Below, piece by piece: positions 1 to 12,710 of a stretch of 64,000 nt of DNA. Made by a program: the position numbers and the translations under genes. Where the stretch lies: NCBI RefSeq assembly GCF_009914755.1, contig NC_060929.1. One strand, written 5' to 3'. The notes below the pieces were generated by a model that was not told the origin of the DNA, did no database searches, and was given only the letters and a program-made list of their open reading frames with translations. Within the stretch, counting starts at the first letter, position 1; the number at the start of each line of letters is the position of its first letter. This DNA is from the human T2T-CHM13v2.0 reference genome, Homo sapiens.

Positions 1-38
1 ATATCAAACTGGTTTTCTCCTTAAAAAATATTAATATC

Positions 39-89
39 CACTCCAGCCTGGGGTGACAGAGTGAGACTCCATCTCAAAAATATGTATGT
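39..89 (+). mobile_element. Extremely 5'-truncated Alu (last ~40 nt plus tail)
   Basis: CACTCCAGCCTGGGGTGACAGAGTGAGACTCCATCTCAAAAA is the Alu 3' end; flanked by direct repeat ATATTAATATC at 28-38 and 90-100. Confidence 0.85.
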
Positions 90-644
90 ATATTAATATC
101 TCCATTAACCTGCCTGTTTACTTAAATAAGAAAAGTAACACTTATAGGAATGCTGATACAGTTTGGCTTTATATAACACAATAAGTTAGCAGAAACAGAA
201 TACATGCCTAAGAAAGCTGAGCGCCAGTCTTTCCTCTGCAACTGATTAGCCACCTATCTTGGACAAATCAATTCACTTCCCATGCCTTAGTTATCACAGC
301 TGTGACAAGAAATAGTGGACGCTTATCCAGAGAATTTTTGAAGACATAAAATAATACATATAAAATTTCTGCATCTACCGCAATATAGGAAATAAGAAAA
401 ACAGATCTGATTTTATTCCAGATCCTTGTTCTAATCCCTGTCCTCAAAAACAGCTATGGTTTCTTTAGGTCTTTTTTAAAAAATTCTGTGAACACCCACT
501 GTATCTTCCAACACATTTTTCTTTTATTAAGCTGTTATGTGCAGTAAACCTTCTTGACTAACACAGCACTCATGTGATTTGGGGAAGGTAATTACATTTA
601 GTTAATGGAGGAGGGAATAAAAATTCGGGTTTTCATTAAACGGG

Positions 645-840
645 TATGGGTTTGAATTCTGACTTTCCCACTTATCAGTTGTATGACTTTTGGTCAGTTA
701 TTAAGCTTCTCTTGCCTTGGTTTTCTCATTTGCCTCACAGAGTTCTAAAAAGCACTAAATTAAGGTGTGTAAGGCATTTATCACAGTGACTGGTCTATGG
801 CAAGTGGGATATGGTGAACAAGAAAGATTATTATTATAAT
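645..840 (+). mobile_element. MIR SINE
   Basis: GGGTTTGAATTCTGACTTTCCCACTTATCAGTTGTATGAC...TTTTCTCATTTG resembles the MIR core. Confidence 0.7.
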
Positions 841-1167
841 TATTGTAAATGGATATTATTTAATTTGACATCCTCCCAAATCTCAAAATAAATCAGAGTA
901 TGAAATACTCATCATTCATAATATCTGTAAAAGAAATAATACTGTTCTGCATTGATGCCCACAAAATATCCACTTAGAAGAAGACTTAAATGGTATTTTT
1001 ATAGTCTGAATTGATTTCCTCTAAATGGCTAAAGCTCTGAAACAACTTGTAACTTCCCATCTGCACCATAGTACACAGACCACAATACATCCAACTCTTC
1101 GAGAGATTTGAATCTTCACAGCTCATTAATCTATAATGAAAATAACTTATGAGCATCTTTGACTTAC

Positions 1168-1287
1168 AAAGGCAACTTGCCTTCCTCATCATGGATTTGT
1201 GGCTCCTCCAGTAAACGTGGTGAGTCAAGGTTCTGCAGCATTCAAACAGCTTAACCATCAAAGTGACCAAAGGTCTTTTTGAAGGAG
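1168..1287 (-). other. Candidate 120-nt internal exon (coding status unknown)
   Basis: Minus strand acceptor CTCTTTTATTTCTTTAG| and donor TTT|GTAAGT; length divisible by 3 and open in phase 1 (PSKRPLVTLMVKLFECCRTLTHHVYWRSHKSMMRKASCL); no homology recognised. Confidence 0.35.
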
Positions 1288-3462
1288 CTAAAGAAATAAA
1301 AGAGATATCCCCTAGTTTCTCTTCTGACTGTATGATACTTCAAAAAGTAAAAATACAAACTGACTATTTTGGAAATGTGAGATTGTGTTGTTTTTCAACC
1401 ACATATGTGATTTTTTTGCCTTCGATATCTAGTTAATTAAAACAGAAGCATTTTACAAATACATAATGTCTCAGAAAATAAATCTGCATTCCCCTCCTCC
1501 CTCCCATTTTTTTTTCTAATTCAATTTCTAAACTTTAAGAATCAACTCAATTCTCAGCATATCCTTCTATCCTTCCTGATCCATTAGAAGTCCTAATGAC
1601 CATCCTAGGCCATATTATACTTTATTTTATTCCATGTCAATAACTTGGAGCAAATAAAGACACCTCAAGCAGGCTAAAAACCTAGGATTTCATCAAATGT
1701 ATAGCTTTTAAATATGAAATTAGCATTTACCTTGGAGAGAGGCAATCTGATTTTTTTCTGTTCATAAAAGTATACACTTTTTTTATTATGTTTAGACTGA
1801 AGAATTTATCGCATGCCTATTGTTTGAACTCAAGATTGTCTTTCATTTCACATTTTTCTCTCCAGTCATAACTGGATCACATTACTCACATTAAAAAAGA
1901 CATAACATGCAAGAAAATAGTTCCAAATTCCTTTTCAAAATATGTGTGTACTTTTTTCCTGGCTTTCACAACAGCAAGGCATTTCCAATCTGTCTATGGT
2001 TTTGTTCTTGCTAGAATTTTTTATGCAATATCCTAAATAAGCAATTTTGGGGGAGGCATATTAAAGCGCTTAAACTTTTCATAAAAGAAAATACTCTTTT
2101 CTGGTAAGCTGTATTCCTCCATTTATTATTTATTTTCTGAAATCCAGCTACCAGTATTGCTGATTTTAGAGTATCAGCAGCTGACTGGCTCTGAGTTGGT
2201 AAGCACAGTCTACAATTGTCCTCTGTGCCTGTGTGTGTGTATCACTTGTTTAGGTAGGTGATGGTGGAGAGTGGTTTTTATTTTGAAATTTTTGATTGTA
2301 GAGGCTGACCATGTCATTAGGAAATATGTGTAAGGAGTCACACAATACTTATCGATTAGCTGCTTGGGCATCCAGCCCCTTAATCTAACTCTTCACAAAC
2401 TGTTACCTCATGCTATACTTTGTAAGTTAATGCAGGTCAGGGACTTCAAGAATCTCAAAATAACAGGTGGCTGGGATTATGTGGTAACTATTTTGAGATC
2501 ACTGCTATCTGCTACTTTCCCTCAGTTACTGATACAATCCTCTAGGGACAATTGTTTGAAAAATCCATTATATTTTCTGTTATGTCCCTATCCCTACCCT
2601 TTACAAATTATAATTTGAACAATATTAGCACAATGTTGAGCTGTAATAGGCACTTAACATGATTTTTCTTGAAACTATTGTTTTCATACCAATCCTAGAT
2701 TTCTTTCTTCCTATGATAACACCTCTATATTATACCCTCTGTGAAAAAGAGTTGTGTATTTCAGTAAGCTATATTTTGAGGTACTTCCTAATATATACCT
2801 TTCCATTTCAAATATTAGCATTTTTGATATTTGGTTATATTAATATTTTTAAATAGACTTTTATATACTCACACTGTCTACTTAATAACTTTTTAATTGT
2901 GATCAATAGTGCATTCTATCATGTGCTGATTCATTGGAAGAAAAGATTTGAGAGAAAATGTTCTGCATACTACAGTACTGCTTTCAATTGAATATTGATT
3001 GATCCAGCACATTTATATTAGGAGTTTTTTATTGAAAGTAATAGAGCTAAGCCCAGATTAAGAGTGCTCCATTGCTTTCAAAAAAGTCCAGTCATAAAAC
3101 ACATTATATTTAACATCTGTGGCCACTTTAACCTCCTAGCTTCCTATGACAGTATATGCACTGTCTTTTAACCCCTGCCAATTCAATATTATTACTTGTT
3201 TTGATGGTATATTTCCGAAATATATTGCACAGGAAACTGAGTTCTGGTCCAAGGCACCAGATAATTATTCTTGTAAATATTAATTAAAATAAAATAAACT
3301 GAAAATGGCATTGTTGTTATTTACTTTTTTATCTAGATTCTTATAACCTGACAATTCTACCGTCTCACTGATACATGATAGTTCAAGAGCTAAGATGATA
3401 TTGCAGGACTATCATTAGAGGGGAAAAAAAGCAATTCTAAGCTGCCTTTAAAAAATATTCCT

Positions 3463-3608
3463 GGCTGAGCACAGTGGTTCACACCTGTAATGCCAGCACT
3501 TTGGAAGGCCAAGGTAGGGGGATCACCTGAGGTCAGGATTTCAAGACCAGCCTGGCCAACATGGTGACAGCCCGTCTCTACAAAAATACAAAAATTAGCC
3601 AGTCGTGA
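3463..3608 (+). mobile_element. AluS-type left arm, 3'-truncated
   Basis: GGCTGAGCACAGTGGTTCACACCTGTAAT...TACAAAAATACAAAAATTAGCC, then homology stops. Confidence 0.9.
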
Positions 3609-4285
3609 TAGATTATGCTAAAATGTTCACCCTACCTGATACTAATTTTCCATTATGACGGGAAACACATATTAGAACCTACAAAGTAGTTGAGAGGGGA
3701 TATGTACTTGATGGATGGAGAAAAATTGCCTCTGCAAAAATGCCTCATTTACATGATGTTAAAATGAATCATTTTTACCTAATTGGCATCACAGTTGAGC
3801 TGAATTAAGATAAACAGCTATAATTTATTAAGTTAAGCACTCACATGTGTATAACAAGATGCCCATCACAACAGAAGTACAGCCAAACAATATACTAAAG
3901 AGTCACAGATTTATTGACTATTTTAACTGAAAATATCTTTAAATATTATCTTGTCCTGATATGTTAGCCACTCATCTTTTAAGAAAAAACAAAGAACAGA
4001 TAAATTCATGGGTGACTGGGTTGAAAAGGTGAGAACTGTTTAAGGCAGGTGTTAGAAATTTCTTTATTAAAAACTGCATATATTTAAAATATTACGATGC
4101 TACTGTTTAAGAAAGAATATTTGAAAATATGTATTAAACTTGTAAGTGAACAATAAGAAACACAAAATATTATTAATTTATGCTTACAAAAAAATATTAA
4201 ACTACAATAGGCAGATTGCAGCTTCAATTAAAATTACTCTGTTCATTTTTTAGGCTACAATAGACATTACCAGAATTAGTTATAA

Positions 4286-4626
<341 letters not shown>

Positions 4627-5009
4627 AGGAAATCTTGATAAGGTGTGTGAGATATTAAGATTTTTAAAATCTGATAGCAATTTTGTTAACTATAGATAAA
4701 TATGATATTACATCTTGTTATTCTTCTCAATTTTAACAGAAATAAAGTAAATGTGTTCCCCTGGTGAGAAGGTTTTGGATCTGATTATGTTACGCAGAGA
4801 ACTCAAGTCTGACCAAACTTGAAATGAAAATCCTCCAAGAAGAAGCCACATAAAAAACAAAATAACGTTAGAGGTGCCAGTATTTTCATAAATTTGGAGG
4901 AGTTAGGCTCAATGCATACTCAGAATAGTGTAGTCCAGAAAAAGAAATGATGACTTAGACCCATAGACAGATGAGGAGGCTGAGTTTGCTCAACAAACAT
5001 TGCTTTTGC

Positions 5010-5135
5010 TTAACCAATATCCATTCCAACTTCCTTTGTATGTAGCACTATCATTTGCTTGGAGGACTGTTGTTCACCAGTATTGGTTCTGTCGTGTTCC
5101 ACATCCAAGAGGTTCACTCCAGGGAAGAATTCACA
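5010..5135 (-). CDS. Candidate terminal coding exon (41 aa plus stop) of an unidentified gene
   Basis: Strong acceptor GCAATTTCTTCTCCTTCCAG| followed in phase 0 by CEFFPGVNLLDVEHDRTNTGEQQSSKQMIVLHTKEVGMDIG*; non-repeat sequence; no good downstream donor; minus-strand AATAAA at 4063-4068 and 3910-3915. Confidence 0.35.
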   Translation of the reverse strand, partial: CEFFPGVNLLDVEHDRTNTGEQQSSKQMIVLHTKEVGMDIG

Positions 5136-7687
5136 CTGGAAGGAGAAGAAATTGCAGGAGCTACATTTTTGCATGAGTAATTGTATTGTCATTATCAAAT
5201 TACCAATTTCTTCAAAACAGTAAGTCCACCAAGGACAAGAATGCTGGGTCCACTCCCTGAAGCCAAAGGAAAAGCCTGGCAGAGTACTAGTGATTCCACA
5301 GGCTGAAGTTCAGCACAAGGGATGAAACAAGGGGGTAGAGATGATCTATAGTTCAAGGCCCTTCTGATTGTCAGGGCTCACCCTAGCGCAGCCGACCGTG
5401 GATCTAACAAGAACTTATTTCAGTCTTCTGCTGCTGGGAACAAAGTAGTTAAGAATGTTTTTACTTCAGTCAAGAATGACCAAGGGCTGAGCAAAGCTGC
5501 CCAGCTGGTCTTCCAGCTTGGGTAAGTAAGTAGGCCTGGAAGAAGCAAGCCATAATGGTGTAAGGATGGTTTGTTAACAGTGGATAAAGTCAATAATATG
5601 GTGTGTCTCAAACTGAGAAAAAGTTTAAATATATAAACAACCACACTTCTTGATATTTTGCAAAGATACTCTCTCTCTGCACTTGAACTACTCACCTCTC
5701 TTTGGGACATTCTTTATTCTCCTGTGGTAAGATTTTTTTTTATATCTTAAATGCACTAAAATGCTATCTATCTTCTAGGGAGAATACCTGGTTCTGCAAA
5801 TGGTTTTTTTATATTTCTACGTAATTCTAATTTGAATTAAGTATTCCTTCTACAGGAAGGTATGGACAATATCTAATTAATAAATAGATCTGTGCACTGG
5901 GCCCTGCACATCAGAGGCATACAGGAAATAGTTGTTCAATTAATAAACGCCAGGTTCATGAAAGGAGTAGTTCCTTCTCTGACTGAAATTATTCAGATCT
6001 ATCTTTAATGTTTTAATTATTCATAAAAAGAGTTTCAGCTGGAAATTAAACCTCATTAGCACCTGAGACACGAAGTGCTCTCCTTTACACACAAAATTAA
6101 TTCGATTACTGATGGAGGAGAAGTCTTTTCAAAATGAGAAGAAAGGAAAATGAATATAGAAGAGTAGAGAGGAAAGAAAGCATAGTCTCAAAACTTAGGT
6201 ATGGCATATATTTACAGACTCTTAAGTACTGCTCTCTGGTTTGTATATGGAATATAACAACATGGCACTTTAGTGTGTAATTAGAAAACATGCATAATAA
6301 GAACCTTAGTTTCAGTGAAAAAAAGTGTTTGAGTGCTCTAAAACCAACTACGGGGGTTGGGTCTAGTTTCTCTGCAGTTAATAAAGAACTATTCTATGCT
6401 TCACTTAGATAGTTCTTTATCTTCAAAAAAAGATTTCTTTTCATCTCTGATACCTGAAATTCCAGGTTTCAATGGCCATGGTCATCAGCATTATCTTCTT
6501 TGGAAGGATTCTTCCTCAATGATAAAGAATGATAGGTAGTAATGTGAAAATCCAAAAGACATTCCATTTACAAGTTTTTCTGTATAAAATACAAAATACT
6601 TATAAAAGGAATGATTTGTGCTTTATTTGTGTTTTTCTGGTTTATTTAACTTTTTTTGGTTTCTTATCCACATAGATTTATCCACACTATAAGTGAATTT
6701 AAAAAGAAGGAATTTTAAAATAAACATGATGACCTATTCCTTTATAAAACATATTTAAGTTTAAGAGATAATGAATAACATAGTCAATAGAGAATTTTTC
6801 ATTCTCTTCTGGGTTTCAAATAAACTTGGTTTCAGCAATTTAGAGTTCTAAAAAATATGTCAATGTGTAAAGCGCATTGGCGCATCTCTTGGAATAAATT
6901 TTGGAATAAATCAGATTTTGTTCCCTTCTACAAAGATAATAAGAAATATGTCCAACAACTGTTTTCAATGGGTTATGAACCTTCAGAAGGTTAAATTCTC
7001 TATTTCTGTTACTTTGGGGATCCTTCTTATATCTCTAACAAGCTCAGTACAAGTTGCACCTGTCAAATATGTTGGCGGTTTACAAGACAACTGTGCCTGA
7101 AAGAAACTGGGCCTACATTTTCACTTATCTTATTGAAGTTTGATATTATAAAACTGTGACTGAAATTTTTCTATCAAATAATGCTTCTACTTCCTTTATA
7201 AGAGTGAGAGGCTTAATGCCAAAAGCACAGCAATTTGAAGATATCCTTTTTCAAATATTAGGTCTTCAAAACATAAATGCTACAACACATTAGAGCTTAT
7301 AAAGTGACACATAAAGCTTCCTGCATAAACTGTATTTTTTATAAGACTTTGTAATAATTATGTCACATGAAATACCAAAGAATGTTTCCTTCCAAAAGAT
7401 TGTATCTAAAATCATCTAACTTTATAAAAGAAAGCAATAACTTTATAAAAGAAAGCTATAGCCCTAATTAGTAGAGGGTCATCCTAATGATATAGTGACA
7501 TTCTGATCTAATCTATTGCTTTGATTTTTATTGTCTTTTTAGAAATATATTATGACACAAATCTTCATACAGATTAGAGACACATGAAATACCTGAAAAT
7601 TCTACTTCCACCTAAGGAAAAGAGGAGAACAAGGTTCTTAATTCAGCACAAGTGCTCTCCAAAATTCTTTCCTCAGAACTTCAGCCG

Positions 7688-7880
7688 TTCAGAGGGTGGA
7701 GAGTGGGAGGAGCCAGAAGATCAGGAAAAATAATTAATGAGTACTAGGCCTAATACCTGGGTGATGAAATAATCTGCACAACAAACCCCCATGACACAAG
7801 TTTACCTATGTAACGTACCTGTACTTGTACATCTGAACTTAAAATAAAAGTTTAAAAAATACATAAAAATCAACAATAAA
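7688..7880 (+). mobile_element. L1 3' end (older L1PA/L1PREC type)
   Basis: GATCAGGAAAAATAATTAATGAGTACTAGGC...TGAACTTAAAATAAAAG plus A-rich tail. Confidence 0.9.
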
Positions 7881-8385
7881 AGAAATTCTTTTCTCTCTCT
7901 TCTAGCACTTTTTTTCTTTAGCCTCCAAAAGCAGTGTTGTTTCATTAGATCTTAGATAAAAACTGAGTCTCTGGTCTGGCTGTCTCTATGGCAATGTAGA
8001 TGTTTGGTTCATTGTTGGATGAGCGGTGGGGTATAGAGGGGTCAGTCATCTTCAGTACTCAGGTTAAAAGGAAGCCCTTCCTCTCTGAAAGCTAGAAAAT
8101 GCTCTCCTATCCCTTTCACTTCACCACAAACATTCATTTTCCCTGAAGCCTAGGGCAGTGCATAATCTCCAGCCATCCTGGGGTTAGATAAATCAGTCAT
8201 TCTAGAGCTTTCTTATTCTGGGGATGGAGAGAAATGGGTTCCAGCTCTTCCACTTCAACCATTGAAACAATAAGCAATTATGACCAATTTCAATCTTTTA
8301 CTTTACTGACCACACTCCAAAATATCCTCCAATAAAAGACAATGAGAGGAAAAAGAAGCAAAGGAATATGTCTAAAAACTGGAAG

Positions 8386-8931
8386 TGTTACGGGAATGGT
8401 GTCCCTATCCAGACCCCCAAGAGAGGGTTCTTGGATCTCATACAAGAAAGAATTCAGGGCAAGTCCGTAAAGTGAAAGCAAGTTTAAGAAAGAGAGGAAT
8501 AAACGAATGGATACTCCATAGACAGAGCAGCCCCGAGGGCTGCCGTTTGCCCATTTTTACGGTTATTTCTTGATGATATGCCAAACAAGGGAAGGATTAT
8601 TTATGCCTCCCCTTTTTAGACCATATAAGGTAATTTCCTGACATTGCCATGGCATTTGTAAACTGTCATGGCGCTGATGAGACTGTAGTAGTGAGGACAA
8701 CGAAAGGTCACTCTTGTGGCCATCTTGGTTCTGGTGGGATTTACCCAGCTTCTTTACTGCAACCTGTTTTATCACCAAGGTCTTTATAACCTGTATCTTG
8801 TGCCAATTTCCTATCTCATCTGGTAACTTAGTATGCCTTAACCATCTGGGAATGCAGCCCAGTAAGTCTCAGCCTCATTTTACCCAGCTCCTATTCAAGA
8901 TGGAGTTGCTCTGGTTCACAGGCCTCTGACA
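8386..8931 (-). mobile_element. MER41A-like solo LTR (ERV1)
   Basis: Minus strand starts TGTCAGAGGCCTGTGAACCAGAGCAACTCCATCTTGAATAGG and ends ...CCCGTAACA; 546 bp; 4-bp TSD GAAG at 8382-8385 and 8932-8935. Confidence 0.92.
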
Positions 8932-10020
8932 GAAGGAGAGGGTCTTTTAGCACCTTTGGTGCATAGGGCAATAGAGTCCTAAAATTATTTTGAGCAGATC
9001 AATCCAACAGAGGCATAAGGTAACAATAACAGATAATGTGAATGAGAACACAACAGGTAAAAGGAGCCTGCTTTGCAACCTGGGAAGCTGTTCCATTTGC
9101 TCTAAAATCACAGAGGATCATATATTGTTTATACAATGTGACATAATAAATTTTGAAAACTATCTGAAAACTGATCTAATTCTATCCCTAGTTCCTATGT
9201 CTTCAGTTGGAATCAAAATTGAAATTATCTTGCTTGGATAAGCATGCTTTCCACATGGCAGTTTACAGAGTAAAAAATAAACTATTTTTTATCAAAAAGA
9301 AAAATATAGAATAACCTAGTTAAAAGAATATTGATTTTTTTCTTATATAGCTGGCACAAATTAAAATCATACAGTAGAAGTCCAGCAGCTAACTCTGGAG
9401 TTTTCCCCGAATTTTTCAAGGATCTCCTCTTCCTATTTACCTGCTGTTCCTCCCTCTACCCAGCCTCAGATGCCCTAAATTTAGTGTTTCTCAAGTTTCA
9501 GAAATGTACTAATCTATTTCAATGTAAAAAAAAATGCTCTTTGAGGCTTCCTAGTATTGACAAATTATTTTTATTATTGTTTGTCCAATATGTATAAACA
9601 CAAAGCTAAGTATAAACTCCTTATGCTTAGAGCTTATGGTTAGAACATCAATTCTAAAACCAAAATAAATATATACAAACAAAATTATAAAAGCAATAAA
9701 ATTCAAATTAACATTAATTTAGTGTGGTAAATTATGCTATTTTGCTGCAACAAAATGTAAAGATGATACTTAACACACTGGTTTGTCATCTTAGTTCAGA
9801 ATGCTTACGCTATCCTGTGATATCTGATGATTCAAGTATTCTAAGACTTCTCTATTAAAACTATTGGAAAATGTTCAATTGTGCAGTGCACTGTTTTGTA
9901 ATTGGGCCTTTACTTGGTATTAGATGCATCATTTATGTACGAAGCTCTGCCTCTGTTCTTTTAATATTATTCTACATTTAAACTACCCCTTAGCTTAAAC
10001 ACATTATATTCACCAAGGCA

Positions 10021-10229
10021 CAACTCTCTATGAGGGCAATTTTGCCCTACAAGGGACATTTGGTAGCATCCAGAGACATTTTGATTGTTACAAAATGGAA
10101 GAAGGAATACTAGCTTCTAGTAAACAGAGGACAGATATTCTGCTAAACATCCTAAATGCAAGGATAGAGCCCCATGACAAAGAATTACCGAGTCCAAAAT
10201 GTCAGTAGAGTGAAGATTGAGAAGCACAG
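10021..10229 (+). mobile_element. MER20 hAT-Charlie MITE
   Basis: GGGCAATTTTGCCC..AAGGGACATTTGG...CCAAAATGTCAGTAG matches recalled MER20; 8-bp TSD CCAAGGCA at 10013-10020 and 10230-10237. Confidence 0.9.
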
Positions 10230-11108
10230 CCAAGGCAAATACCAACTGTGAACAGTCAAGTCCTACTTGAGTCCTTGGTTATAAGTGGTTATCTGGATGA
10301 TCCAAAATATGCTTATATCAATTTATTTCATATTTTTGGTTGAAATTTTTAAAAGAAATTTAAATTGGCATTCTACCTATCTAAAAATTATTGAGCTTCA
10401 TCAGATATATAAAAATTAAAAACTATAAGAACCCAATGAGAGTTATCATTTTGAAGAAATTCATTTTCTTACATAATATTATTAAAAAATCACACAAGGC
10501 TCTGGGATTTTTTATTCTTAATCTAATTGTTTTAAAAATACCACTCTAAGAATTAGCCTGTGTTATATATACTTATAGAATTACTCTAAAGTGAATCACC
10601 TTCAGAAAATGTTTGTTAGTCACCTAATTGACTGTAATAACATACAAAAGAAACAGAATTTACTGCAGAATCCATGTTATAGTATAACGGAGCTGGATAT
10701 ACATTTCTAAAAAGGGGCGATGATCTAAGAAAGTTGGTAAACTAGAATTATAGATTAGTTTAAAATGATATGATAATTAAGAATCTTAATATCATCCCTA
10801 GTTTATCAGAAAAGCATTTATTGAACACTTGTTATGAGGCATCGTTTTTATAAACTTTAATCTCAGGTCAAGCACAGTGTATTTTTCCTCCCTACTAGTT
10901 TCCATGTCTGATGGGCTCCAGTCAGAAGGTCTGGGAAATAAATATTTGCCAAGGATAAAGAAAAAAGCAATGCTTTTAAGGCTAAAATTCTAGTTTGCTG
11001 CAACAGAAAATGTTTCAAAATAGTTTGCATTTCAGTTGCTTCTTAACATCTTCTTGCTAGTTGCAGCAAATTGTGGATCATCTTTAATACATTTACTGCT
11101 GCCTTAAG

Positions 11109-11348
11109 AGGCAGTATTGATTAAGACACTGGCCTAGAATCAAGCAGTCTTCATTGGACATTTGATTGTTCTGACCGCTGATAGTGTGACCTTAAGCCTA
11201 TTCTTCCTATAGTCCATTTTTTATTTGCACAGTAGACATAACATTAATAGTTCTATTAGCTTTTTGATGGCTAAATGAGGTAAAAGAGAGTGCTTAGAAA
11301 AATATCTGGCACTTGATAAGCTCTCAGTAAGTGTTTGCTATAATTATT
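11109..11348 (+). mobile_element. MIR SINE
   Basis: TGTGACCTTAAG...AGTGCTTAGAA...CTGGCACTTGATAAGCTCTCAGTAAGTGTTTGCTATAATTATT. Confidence 0.7.
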
Positions 11349-11549
11349 TCTTTATTTGAGTTGTTATATGAGGAATAATTAAAAGATTACAAAAATAGCA
11401 AATGAAGATGATTAAAGCCCCATTTTTAAAATGCAGCTGGATATTTGAAATGAACAGAATTATCCTGCCTAGAGTAAATCATTCTCTTAATTCTCTCTTG
11501 ACAATAGTTCCACTGAAAATGTGCCCATTTACTATGCTTTAATTCAATT

Positions 11550-11690
11550 TTTTTCATTAATTCAAACAAATAAACATGTACTGAACACCCACTAAGTTCC
11601 AGAGCAGATGCAGTCTAATGTGGAGATGCAAAGAAAAATAAGGCAGAGTCTCTGTCTTCAAGAAATTAATGATGAAAAGGGAAATTGATA
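11550..11690 (-). mobile_element. L2 3' end fragment
   Basis: TTCATTAATTCAAACAAATAAACATGTACTGAACACCCACTAAGTTCCAG resembles the reverse complement of the L2 tail. Confidence 0.6.
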
Positions 11691-11983
11691 TTGGCACAGA
11701 ACCAAATGACCAGAAAAAATGCTTTAGCCCACTCCCTGATTCACAGGCTTACTTAAAAAATGTTAGTGAACATTTCATAGCAACTGATAATGCAGGTAAA
11801 ACTAAGAGCAAAGAACTGTAGCTTGCATGCATTTGTATATGAAGAACTCCTTTTATGAAGAAAGATGCTGATTATAGGTTGGGAAAATAATCCCAAGCTT
11901 CTCTTGGAATTATTCTCTTAGAATTATCTCACTCCATAGTTTGCCTTTCTACTGTATTGTGCAGAAACACAATGTGGGTCCAC

Positions 11984-11984
<1 letters not shown>

Positions 11985-12042
<58 letters not shown>
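11985..12042. repeat. (AC)29 perfect microsatellite
   Basis: Read directly from the sequence. Confidence 0.99.
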
Positions 12043-12044
<2 letters not shown>

Positions 12045-12644
12045 CATTTAAGCATGTATTTTTTTTTCTTTTAACTTCATATACTGTTCAATAAAATACT
12101 CAGCATGGGTTCATCTTAAGATGGCCTCCAGTTAAATAAGATGGTGGAAATCAGTCCCAATAAAGAAAAGACAGAACAGACAACTGAAATCAGAAGTATT
12201 GCATTTAGAACACTCTTGCCATTTGCTTGATTCCCCACAGCGTTGTTCATGAAGCTTCCCCTGCAAATACTTTGGGTATTTATAGCCTTATCTAGCTTCT
12301 GCAATGTTCCTGGGATTTGTCTGCTAAGAGCCTTGAAAGGAAAAGCATTGTGAAGAGGTGAAAATGACAAAGTAGAGCTATATATGGAAAGTTAGGAGCA
12401 AATGATGCTTAAAAGTTAACAGAAGAACAGCAAAATAATCAGCATGCAATTATCCTTGGAGGAATATTTCCACCGGCAGAATTTAAATCATTGCACTTGT
12501 TCTTGTTATATTTATTATAATAATATTAAACCTGTAACACTTCTGGGGGACAAAAACCAATGTGGTCTTATGTCATTGATACATAATAACTGAGGATCTA
12601 CATTGCAGTGTCATTTGGCTCTGTAAAAGGAAATCAGTTCTAAC

Positions 12645-12710
12645 TTTTTGTATCTATAAAGGATGTGAGATTTTTCAACAACTTCGAAACTTACAAGTTA
12701 ACCTGTCACA
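12645..12710 (-). mobile_element. LTR40 3' terminal piece, separated from the rest by an L1
   Basis: Minus strand TGTGACAGGTTAACTTGTAAG...AAAATCTCACATCCTT continues the recalled LTR40 end. Confidence 0.6.

Noticed and set aside
5424-5521. Plus-strand exon candidate (TTATTTCAG ... GG|GTAAGT)
   Set aside because: Short pyrimidine tract and no other supporting plus-strand gene structure; such pairs occur by chance.
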